This document shows positions 13,476-24,580 of a stretch of DNA of 64,000 nt, one piece after another; the stretch's first letter is position 1; each line of letters opens with the position of its first letter. This DNA is from Laetmonice hystrix (Eukaryota), in assembly GCA_965235115.1 (NCBI GenBank), contig OZ249441.1, forward strand, positions 26,040,001 to 26,104,000. Reading direction: 5' to 3'. The translations under genes and the position numbers were made by a program. Below the pieces are notes generated by a model. It was not told where the DNA came from. It was given only the letters and a program-made list of their open reading frames with translations, and did not search any database.

Positions 13476-14129
13476 CTGGTCTGTCTTATTAACTCCACAA
13501 GGACACGAGTACAATAACCTCTGTCTCCCAGTGTTATATTGAAGAGGAAGTGCCCTCCGCCTTGTTACCTCTGCATCCTGGTTATATACGTATCTCCAAT
13601 CTGTCGTCATACCTTCATGTGAGGGGCCGTATTCTCTGGTCGATTATCGTTTTCACAATTCACGATGGTCTTCTTGGTACCGTTAGTCACGATTACCATG
13701 TTACATGGCTTTCTAAACGTTCAAATATCGAACCAGGAAGCTGTATTATCTTACAGGAAGAAACATGTGTATGTTTTGCTGCACATGGTCTATCAGAAAG
13801 GAGTAAGCCTAGCCTACGGCAAATCTGAGAGTCGTCTATCTAGGCAACGTTGATCTAGGTAACTTCAAGAATGTTGGATCCTGTCTCCATTGCACGTGAA
13901 AGACGACAATCTACCTTTACGTAGAGGAGAAGAGTTATCTCCGGTTCTTGCCCAGCGGTCTCTATGGCCTCGTGACGAGCGGACTGAATAACTTACAAGT
14001 ACGATTTCCACCTGTCATGTGTCCCAAGATTTGATAAAGGTGTCCCACCCTGACGTCATAATCATTACTTGGGGAGTCTCACGGCTGCTGCGCGGCCCCA
14101 TTCCATTTGAACTCTGAGGCCGTGACAGT

Positions 14130-14240
14130 TCAAACTGTGCTGTTGGACCACACGTTAACACTGTCACGCCGGCCGCCAGAGTTCCTTACGGATGTTCCGC
14201 CAGATATTGATGCCACTATAACTGTGGTCCTTGGCATAAG
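14130..14240 (-). CDS. candidate exon (possibly terminal) of an unidentified minus-strand gene
   Basis: Acceptor CCTATTTCAG|. Phase 0 gives LMPRTTVIVASISGGTSVRNSGGRRDSVNVWSNSTV*. A phase-1 reading (YAKDHSYSGINIWRNIR...) and an internal GTAAGG donor are also possible. Confidence 0.25.
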   Translation of the reverse strand, partial: LMPRTTVIVASISGGTSVRNSGGRRDSVNVWSNSTV

Positions 14241-16046
14241 CTGAAATAGGTTCCGTAGGGTTGGAGAGAAAATGCTGTGGTGGCAGCGCAACTTTTGTGT
14301 GTGTGTGAGGGGCCGCCAGGGAGGTGTGTTGACAGTCCCATATAGGGTGACACCCGCTCAGGCCGACGAACCAGGCCAAGGTGCAGCCCAAGTCAGGCCC
14401 AAGTCAACATGCTAAGTTTGACTTGGTTGACTAGCACTTCACCCGCACATGTGGCCATCCATACAACTCAGCACCTTCCTCTATAGTCGCTCATACCTGC
14501 CGCCTCCAATTCCTAAGAAGTGTTCTTTTCTGACATGCTAATCATGCAAATCAAGCTGGCATATATCTGGGTCGCCAAATCCAACGTCTTTCACTCCGTT
14601 TCGCAAATGAACAGTGACAGCGTATTGAAAAAGTCTGATGTATTGACTAGTAAATCTTCCAAAGGGAGCTCTGGTGTCTGTAAGCCTGAAACTTGTGATG
14701 CATGGATACTGTTCAAATCTGTCAGTAAAAGCTAGGCATATTGTGTTTCAGGCCCACTTTCGACAGTTTAGGATTACATGTATGTAAAAGGTGCAAGAAG
14801 GTGGCGCATAAAATAAATGCCACCCGTTTCATACCAGTTACCGCATGTGGTTTCAAGAATGCCTTTACATGGGTTTTCTGACACCGCACATGATTTCTCT
14901 CGAAAGATTCGTCGAGATGAAACAAAAAACTAGGTAGCTAATTAATAAGATATCGGCAACGCGGCCAACAACAAGAAACATTGAAATTAAGTTTTTTTTA
15001 AAACAAAAATTAGGTTTAAATTTCAGTGAGGACCTAGCTTTGGCAGATAATGTTAGACTTTGTGGGTTTTATATCTATATTCCTGGTGTAATGTTTTGTA
15101 GGCTGTCAATCCTTGCCTGTCTGTCAAACAGATATATAGAATGTAATGTGATATCTACCAATACTCACAACAACCTATCAAGAGTCATTGAAAATGGCCC
15201 GCAAAACGATACAACTATACGAAAGAAAATAGGTTGGTGACCATAGCTGGTACAGTTATGCATACTTATTTCCACAGGGAACTGCTGCTCTAGTTCTGCG
15301 GCATTTCAAAAAAAGAAAAGATTTTGAGATGATCTTCCGTGGCAGGCTTCAGAGCACTGGTTGCTTGTCCTGGCGTATACGAGATCACTTGTATACATAT
15401 ATGATTCAACTCACGATCAGTCCAGTTTATGCAGATAGTTGGAGAGCCACATGGTTTGAAATTGTTAAATGCCCCGCGGACTTGGAATCAAACCAGTGTA
15501 CAACAAAAAAACAACCAGGGATCAAACACAAAAAGACCATATGATTTTACACCGAATTTTGAGCAGTCGTATAGTGTGCGATTCTCTTCACCTCGGAACT
15601 TGGTTAAGGAGGATTACCATTTGGTCACCTTTCAGGGGAGATCTCAAATCGTCCAGGAATAGGTTGCAAAAAGGAGAAAAAAAAACAGATTGAAAGTCTG
15701 GTTGGCTGTTCTTGCTTTTCAAACTTCACTAATTATATTCGCCGCTAACAGGGGTGAAAGTTACAAATGAATAGTAAGTGCCGATTTGGTGAGATGTCAG
15801 TGGCTGGCTACGAGTATATGGTAATCATGGAGTTGTGGACGAGGAAACAGTCGATGTGAGTCAGTATCATGTTTCATACTGTACCATTAACCCATATATA
15901 TACTTGAGCATTCATAAGGGGACAGACTATATTTAGAAGATCTACTTATGCCAACATGGAAGATTTACCGAAGGGCATGGAGCGTTTTCGCCCGGGTCAA
16001 CATCCTTTTCCTGAATATCATACTACAGTAGGAGGAAATTCTTTAC

Positions 16047-16251
16047 CACAATGTCTCCAGGTGGTTTGCTGTATGGTTCATACGGACAAGTGTCTCTCCA
16101 GGACCTATGCCTTTGTTCCCGTGATTCAGGAGGGGTGTTGTTCAACCTGAGGACACTATCTGAGTGGGCTAGGGATGGCAGGCCGCGATGGCTGGCACCG
16201 CTGGCACCGCTGGCACCAAGGCCCTGGCCACTGTGGACAGCCATCTGGTAC
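16047..16251 (-). CDS. candidate internal exon of an unidentified minus-strand gene
   Basis: Acceptor ACTTTGCAG|, donor GTG|GTAAAG, 205 nt, only one frame open: YQMAVHSGQGLGASGASGASHRGLPSLAHSDSVLRLNNTPPESREQRHRSWRDTCPYEPYSKPPGDIV. An internal 9-bp triplication keeps the frame. Confidence 0.35.
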
Positions 16252-17367
16252 CTGCAAAGTGCCCGTAACCTCGCGTAAAACACTATGGAGTTAAGAAGCT
16301 AACGCAAACAGGAGGCGGGCATGTGTTGGGTTTACGGTCCTAGTGCCCTTTCTCTCAGTGAATCTGTTCCGTCGGGTGTATCACGGTTCCTCTGTTCTTT
16401 AACATCGTCGGCTGAGCCAGGCAGGGGGCCAGGGTGTATAGATGGGTTAGGTTTAAACATTTCCACTCTTCATGTGACAGGGGCCCTGGACCCTTCATCA
16501 TAGCTTCATCATAATATATTGACTGGTCGTCCCTGACCCATTGACTAGTTGTCCGTCAGAGACAGACATGCAGGCAGGCAGTTCTCAGAGGACGTAGGGC
16601 CTACTTGACTCTCCGACGACAAAATCGATTGATAATTTCGAGCGGGATCCCTTTAACCTAATTGTGTTTATCAAGGCCGGGCAGAGATCAGTGCATTATT
16701 CACGGAAACCATTATGGAGGATGTGTTGGACACCGTCTGGATTATCAGCGATAAGCCCCGAGATGACGACGCCAATACCGTTTTCAATCAGGGTGGCGAC
16801 GTTAGTGCGCTGTCCGTCGACGCGACCTCTGGTGGCGGGACGGAGGTAGAACCAGAAAGACGCCATCATACAGCCGATCGAGGCGGCCCCCGGAGATAAG
16901 ACACAGGGTGGCAGACATTTAGGCCAAGCCCTGGCCTGGTTGTCACCCCTAGGCGACACCTTAAACAGGCTCAGGATGTGGTTAACCACCGACAAAATAC
17001 GTACCCTCCCAGTGACAGGTTCCAGCCTTCATAAGATACCACTTATGGTTGAGGTTTGTCGCTGGAAGTCACTCGCCACACCCGGGATATAAGTGGAAGA
17101 AGCCCATCAGGGAGCAGTTAAAAGAGTGGTGTAGTGGAGGCAGAGCACGCGCACAAAATACCACAGTTAATTGAATTATCGTGACAATTCGTGTAAAGGC
17201 TCTTAAATCCTCTCAGTTGACGCCCCCTCGAATATAATACTGCCTGCTACAAGCCAGGTCATTGGTTAAAGAAGGGAGGAGTGGACGCAGTAAGAGAAAG
17301 AGAAAGTAAGAGAAAAGATGTTAAAATAAAAAGGAATCTGCTGTAGATGTCCCAATTGTCAAAATAT

Positions 17368-18341
17368 CTGATGTCTGGGGATGGTGTAAGCGGACTGTGT
17401 CATCCCCACCTGTCTGATGTCTGGGGATGGTGTAAGCGGACTGTGTCACCCCCACCTGTCTGATGTCTGGGGATGGTGTAAGCGGACTGTGTCACCCCCA
17501 CCTGTCTGATGTCTGGGGATGGTGTACGCGGACTGTGTCACCCCCACCTGTCTGATGTCTGGGGATGGTGTAAGCGGACTGTGTCACCCCCACCTGTCTG
17601 ATGTCTGGGGATGGTGTAAGCGGATTGTGTCACCCCCACCTGTCTGATGTCTGGGGATGGTGTAAGCGGACTGTGTCACCCCCACCTGTCTGATGTCTGG
17701 GGATGGTGTAAGCGGACTGTGTCACCCCCACCTGTCTGATGTCTGGGGATGGTGTAAGCGGACTGTGTCACCCCCACCTGTCTGATGTCTGGGGATGGTG
17801 TAAGCGGACTGTGTCACCCCCACCTGTCTGATGTCTGGGGATGGTGTACGCGGACTGTGTCACCCCCACCTGTCTGATGTCTGGGGATGGTGTAAGCGGA
17901 CTGTGTCACCCCCACCTGTCTGATGTCTGGGGATGGTGTAAGCGGACTGTGTCACCCCCACCTGTCTGATGTCTGGGGATGGTGTAAGCGGACTGTGTCA
18001 CCCCCACCTGTCTGATGACTGGGGATGGTGTAAGCGGACTGTGTCACCCCAACCTGTCTGATGTCTGGGGATGGTGTAAGCGGACTGTGTCACCCCAACC
18101 TGTCTGATGTCTGGGGATGGTGTAAGCGGACTGTGTCACCCCCACCTGTCTGATGTCTGGGGATGGTGTAAGCGGACTGTGTCACCCCCACCTGTCTGAT
18201 GACTGGGGATGGTGTACGCGGACAGGTGTCACCCCCACCTGTCTGATGTCTGGGGATGGTGTAAGCGGACTGTGTCACCCCCACCTGTCTGATGTCTGGG
18301 GATGGTGTAAGCGGACTGTGTCACACCCTCCCCCCACCTGT
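17368..18341. repeat. 46-bp minisatellite, about 21 copies, highly homogeneous
   Basis: Unit CTGATGTCTGGGGATGGTGTAAGCGGACTGTGTCACCCCCACCTGT. Confidence 0.97.
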
Positions 18342-20585
18342 AAGCGGACAGGACCAACCTAGTTCACTGGCCACCAGACAGGAAGGCCAGTGGTCGCGAA
18401 GGGTCAGTGGTCAAGGACTTGTATATAATTATCTATGCCAGTCCCGACGATATAATTGTGGTGATCGGATGATTGGCAGGTCAGTGGCTGGCCAGTGGGA
18501 ACGCCGTGGAATGCGGGATATGTCCGCCCGCTGTGTCCGACAGGTCGCTGTCTGGCCAGGATCGGCACCGGTAGACGGTAGGTCACTGTGGACTGACCGC
18601 CTCACGCCACTGACTCCCCACCGGGAGAGGGTCGGTCGGACAACCGGCACTTCAACTCGGTGGGAGCTCACAGGAGCTCAATTAGGCTGGCTGTGTCCAA
18701 GGCTAAGTGGGAACATGATCCTGGATGTTGAATACATGCGGGTCGCACAGCCTTGCGTCTTGACGTTTAATGACGTCCATTCAAGGACTAGCCGTCACGC
18801 ACAGACCGTCATTGCCGACATTACGTCAATGGTCCAAATCTATTGTCGACCAATATGTCGATACCCAAACAAGTCGCTTCTGAAGTAGTGTCTAATCATA
18901 ATGTTATTATTTTCTGTATAGTATGCTCGTCTGGCTGTGGTAATAGGTCTGAGTTAGAACTTGCCGTATATTACGACGGTAGGTTGGCGTGGTAACACGT
19001 CGTGGCCACGTCCACTGCCGGAGACGAAGATGTCGGAGAGGATAAAAGATCAGGGCCTAGGTTTTAAAAACTTCTCAAACAGCTTCCTGCAACAGCTTAG
19101 TAGGGGTTGAAAGTATACTGCGACCATAACCCTCTCCTAAATCATGATAAAAGGGGTTAATTGTAGTGAATTGGTTCCAAGGCTCCGGCGATCCCTCCAT
19201 CCCCCAGTTGAAGTGCAGTAAAGATCACTGAATTACGTCCCTACTCCAGTTTTAGATAGAACTATAGAACTGCACTATGTTTGATCCTATCTGATTACAT
19301 AAAGTGAATGGATGTATGAAATATTACGTATAGTAAACGTTATTTATGATGCAATCAGACAAAGGTGTGGTTTGGGCTTGAGTTGCAGTGACCCGTCCTG
19401 CTGGCCGAGAAGCGAAACGTTCGTTCCATCATGGGGCTTGGTGACTAAACCGTATGGCACGGGTCGTGGTTGACGCTCAAAGTCAATCATGTCTTCGTTC
19501 TTATATACCCGGAGGGTTGGTGGGTGGGGGTGTGGGGTGACAGTAGGAGCGTGCGGCGGCGGGGAGGGCCGGGGGGTAGCGTGTGGAGGGATGTGGCCCA
19601 GGGCTGCGGGGGTGGTCAGTCAGGGCCACCGGGAGAGGCTGGGGATGGTACCGGCAGATGGTTGTGGTGAGCGCCTGATGACCTATGACTGAGAGACCGG
19701 TTGCTGTCTCTGGGGCCAGCCAGCCGGGCATGTAGACCGCCCCTCATCCTTCCACAGTCCGGGTTCACGGTCACAGCCATCTGTCCCGGTCCATCACACA
19801 CCAGCTGGTTGGACACTCACTGGAGCCCCACCCCCATCCCCCTCACCTCCATCCCGAACTCTGAGGGCTTTGTCGCCGGAGGGGGTCTCAGTGAATCAGG
19901 ATGGATCTATGTAAGGCGGTGGTGAGCTTTCGTCTTGTGACGACCAGAATATGTCGTCATCACGTCGATGACGGGACAGGAAGAATTCAACCTGCCATGT
20001 ATGGTATCTGGACGTGCCAAAATGAAAACAACCTCTGGATCTAACTTTTGGATTTTTGTTTTATGGCGTAGAAATGTTATTCACTAAAGAAGCAGGCAGA
20101 AGTAGTCTTAGACTTTTTGGTTAATCCCCAATAGATTCGATTCGAATGAGATTAGCGGATTATTTGTACTGGGCAGGACAGAAATTTCTCAATTGTAGTA
20201 TCAGGAATGTGCTCGAACACAGAGCATAAACCATCAGTTGATGTCATGGCCAACAACAGTTAGGGCAAACATTGCAATCGAGCAATGCCAATCCCCGAGA
20301 GGCAGGAGGCCTATTGCTAGAAGCAGTGACGGTTTGCAACAATAAGGAGGGGGGAGGGTTCCCGGCCTATAGTGGCAGGTTTTACAAGCAATGGACTCGG
20401 GCGCTTGTATTGTGGCATTTACTGTGATCATGTCAGAAATCAGCCAGAACTAAATCAAAAGATACAATCTGTAAAGGTCAGATCCGTCATGTGTATTAAC
20501 GACTTGACTGCGCATGGTCAGGACCTGACCGGAACGTGTTACATCGTGTGATAACGGAAAGCAATTTCGTCGCGTTTTATTGCAG

Positions 20586-20731
20586 NNNNNNNNNNNNNNN
20601 NNNNNNNNNNNNNNNNNNNNNNNNNNNNNNNNNNNNNNNNNNNNNNNNNNNNNNNNNNNNNNNNNNNNNNNNNNNNNNNNNNNNNNNNNNNNNNNNNNNN
20701 NNNNNNNNNNNNNNNNNNNNNNNNNNNNNNN
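20586..20731. other. assembly gap (146 N)
   Basis: Run of N. Confidence 1.
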
Positions 20732-21315
20732 CTGCATCCCTACTCCTATAATGTAGCCAGTCAAGCCTTTTGAACCATATGCTTTAGTTTATGTAAGCAT
20801 GCTTTATTTAAGTGAAGTCATGATAACAGAATACCAGCGTTGCATGAAAAAGGATGTTTCCCGCGGAAGTTATTTCAATTTTCATCATGCACTCTTCCGT
20901 ACTCCGTAAGTCCAAACCTCAACCCTTGAATTACTGGCCAAACGAGGTTGAAAACTGGTCATGTAGGCCATCTTTTTTTGGTCGACTTTGTTTCGTCTAC
21001 ATCTGCTGTGTCCACTGTTGCGTTTTTTTCGAGCGTTTGTAGCGTAGATTTTTGCGGATGATCTGAAGCCTTGTTGAAAGCGGCTGGCAGCTGGTCCCAG
21101 CCATGTCATAAACGATACCGTTAAACACATGGACAACTCTGTAGCGCCATATTCCACGTAACTATGAACAGTTTATCGAAGCACCATGGTTTTCTACATT
21201 CTCTCGGTCAGGTTTACCGAGTACAGTTTCAAAGATCTATCCTTCTAGATTACGTTCATTCAAACTTTCTCTCTGGAAGATAGCAGAGCTGTACTTTTTT
21301 TTAGTTTAAAGTTAC

Positions 21316-21417
21316 TGTCGGTATAGTAGGGCTTTGTTTCAATGACTCTGGGTGCAATGGCCGCATTCGCTGCTTGTGCTCCTTTGACTGCAGATCCAGC
21401 TGAGCTCCCTCCATGCC
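21316..21417 (-). CDS. candidate symmetric exon (102 nt)
   Basis: Acceptor AATTATCCAG|, donor ACA|GTAACT. Two frames are open (GMEGAQLDLQSKEHKQRMRPLHPESLKQSPTIPT or HGGSSAGSAVKGAQAANAAIAPRVIETKPYYTD). Confidence 0.22.
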
Positions 21418-23895
21418 CTGGATAATTTTATACAATCTGAATGAATAATACCCAGGACAAAAATGGACATGTTTACTTTGACGTATTACAACCGCCTGGA
21501 GATAGGTCAGGGAAAGTGCGGCAAGTCTGTGAACGGCGGTGAGTTTTCACGAACACACACTTACTCTCGGTGTGCTGTGGTAAGGTTAGAAAGGTGGAGG
21601 TTGGAGGGGGGCGGCTTCACCTCATAACCTCCTTACGTTTGTTGTACTCGCAGTTTGAGAAGTCCAGTATGATTGTAGGCGAAGGGGTCCTTACTGGGTG
21701 ATAACTTGATTTGGTAAACTGTTGGGACTGGTTTAAAGTCATATTATGACGGCATGTAATGTGGCCAAATTTCCAGGAATTTTTCATGTTACTCCCTGCA
21801 TAATCCCAAATGTTACATACGAACACTTGCAATGTCAAACAGATACAATTTACGTTACTTGCTTTAACAGAAAAATCGTCAACAATAAAATAGTGCGACA
21901 GTATTCCGCCGCGCCCCCTCCGATTAAAACAGGAAGGGCGTCACGCGACCTTCCCACAGCGATTTCTGAACAAGGGACATGGATTTTTGACAGGGGAAGA
22001 GCGAATATAACTACGTGTTCGGGGCATGGACACTTTCAGTTTCCCGATTCTCATTCTCAGTGAATATTTTGCCGTTAGGTGAAACATTCCGCTATAGATT
22101 TCTCCAGAACACAAGTTTGCTGAATTGCAAAAGACTTGTGAAAAGTGATAAATCAGCAGTGGATAATTTGTTTTAAAACCGTTCTAATTCTGATAAGACA
22201 GAGATAAACCTCGCACAAAAGCTATCCAATTATAAATGATTCTTCAATTATCACTTATCTTCGCGACTGTACAATCTTTTGAATCAAGGGATTAGAATCT
22301 GGCTACGTGATTAGACCCGTAGTGCTGGTGATTACGACCTTTTTCGTTCATTTTTCTCTGGCGGCAAGATGTGTCTGAAGCAAACTGCCATTATTGTTCA
22401 TCAAGCAAACGACTTGTATATTAGCAGCAAGAAAAAGGGATAGACACTGCATAGACCAGCGTGAAGGCACTACCAAATGTGGTAGTACTCTCAAAGCGTC
22501 TTAGAAGTTTGTCGGCTCTTTGCAGGGGGTTAGGGATGTCTCGAAAAAAAGGGCCAACAAAATTGTCTAATGACAGCCTGTTATTACCATCAGTCAGCAT
22601 GGCCTGTGTGCGGGGTTCGAGCGGTCTGTCTGGGCTGTTAGAGTGTAATCTTAGAACAGCTGGCTGCGTGTGCCTGCCACGCATCATTGGGGGGGGGGGG
22701 GGGGGGGTCATGTCTGTAACCCCCCACCACCCAGCTGTTTATCTGAGAAGGCCTCAGAACTGAGCCAACCAAAGGAAATTTTGACAGCCATTCCCCTACC
22801 ATGCACCACTATAGGTCGATCACCTTGGCCGACTTTTATGGAACTTTAATCCAAGCAGCCCCGATTTCATCCACATAGCCATCAATGTTTCCCAGATAGA
22901 GTTAATCCTCAGCCAAACGCTATTAAATACTGGCAATCGGATACTGAGGGGGTTTATACATTTGAATTGAGGTGAAAAGGGTGATTTGGATTAGAGTTTA
23001 AACCTATGATAATCTCAACAGAAGGACAAAGTAAGTGGGTCGTGCACGGGACGTCTGCGGGTGTCCTGGATTGTCTTGTGATTCCGTGACCCTGGCGGGT
23101 TGGGATGACACTGGTGATGGTGACACATTCTGTGCATACCCCCGGTGACGATGGAGACTTCACCATATGGGATCCAGCAGGACGTGGACTCTGGCTTGAC
23201 GAACTCCATGAATTCACACACACCTACACCCCCACGCACGTACACCCCCACGCCACGCACGCAAGTTTTATCATGTGAGGGCGGTAGCATGGACCATGCG
23301 GCGCTGGCAGCGGGCAGCAAGCCTCATCCTCCAGTGACATCACTCGTTTCATTCATGATTGGTCGAGATAATTCAAGTGTGAGGAGGCAGGATGGACTGG
23401 GGAGCAATGTGTGTGAGTGGGAGGCAGGCGGGGGGAGGGGGGGGGGCTGAGTTTTTTCCGGGCTGTAAGAAGTAGTAGTAGTCGTAGTGGGTATATAGTA
23501 GCACCTCTCCTCGCATGGTTGTAGCGTCGGTTGTACAAGTGCAATGATTCACAAGTTGCTGCCAAGTTCTCTCCGGCGGTCCATCCTAGCAGTTGTATTT
23601 CCGACATCTTCAGCAAATGCTGGTTACACTTATCGCCGTACACTGCGGTTGGAAGGATGCGGTAACCGACGACGGCGAGCTCCCACCATGCTTCCCTTGC
23701 GGATCACGGAGTGTGTTCTAGAGACTGAGGCGAGAAGTAGCTGCCAACCATCCGTCGATCATAGCATCGTTTGTCTGTGACTCCCCCGACCACTACCGGC
23801 AGGAAGGACCCTCCTCTAACACAAAACATGTGCCTGCTACCTTGGCTGGATAACATCGTCATACTCTCCATCCTTCTCCCACCCAGCCTTGGCTC

Positions 23896-24041
23896 AGGTA
23901 GGGATTGGAGCGAGATTCTTACTCTAATCATCAGAGATATTAGCGGTGTAATACACCGGCATATTGTGTAGGTAGGGATTGGAGCGAGATTCTTACTCTA
24001 ATCATCAGAGATATTAGCGGTGTAATACACGGGCATATTGT
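23896..24041. repeat. 74-bp direct tandem duplication (2 copies)
   Basis: AGGTAGGGATTGGAGCGAGATTCTTACTCTAATCATCAGAGATATTAGCGGTGTAATACAC(C/G)GGCATATTGT occurs at 23896 and 23970. Confidence 0.95.
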
Positions 24042-24422
24042 ACTCCTTTTATTGTTCGAGTACTACACGTTCTATATTTATGTAGACACCAAACGAACAA
24101 TCGTCCCAGGAGTTTTGCCATTATACATTATAGGTCTTCATTTGCAGTTCTTTATGTGATCTTCAAATTTTGTCGATGGGGCATGGGGATGATGAACACC
24201 CATGAATAATTTCCAACATCAGAAGTGCCTGCTGATATTGATAATATCTATATGGCTTATGTGAACAAAAAATATAAGTCTCTTTCTACATGACATAGGA
24301 AAGAAATTACATATGGTTCATTTCATTACTTCAATGTGAAGTTCTTGAGAAAAAAACATAAAACACCATATAAGGTCTGATAAACCCCATCTATATGTCC
24401 GGCGAGTTAAATATATACATAC

Positions 24423-24580
24423 AAGTACTAGGTAGGTCAGCCTCCAGCTGATTTATAAGGGCCTTAGGAGTTGCAAAGCTCAGCTTGTCTGGAAGAACCA
24501 CCTGTTTCAGCAGACTCGCCTGAAGATGAATGGTGTCTGCCGTACTTGGACAGTGATGCTTAGTGCTGTAGTCAGCGATC
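24423..24580 (-). CDS. candidate internal exon (158 nt)
   Basis: Acceptor CCTGTTTCTAG|, donor CTT|GTATGT, one open frame: IADYSTKHHCPSTADTIHLQASLLKQVVLPDKLSFATPKALINQLEADLPST. Confidence 0.28.

Noticed and set aside
20581-20736. TGCAG / CTGCA symmetry around the N gap as a hidden palindrome
   Set aside because: Only 5 bp are complementary, which is compatible with chance.
23500-23640. KDZ/Zisupton transposase, from GWTAGENL
   Set aside because: The resemblance to the GxTxGE motif is too short and the following residues do not match.
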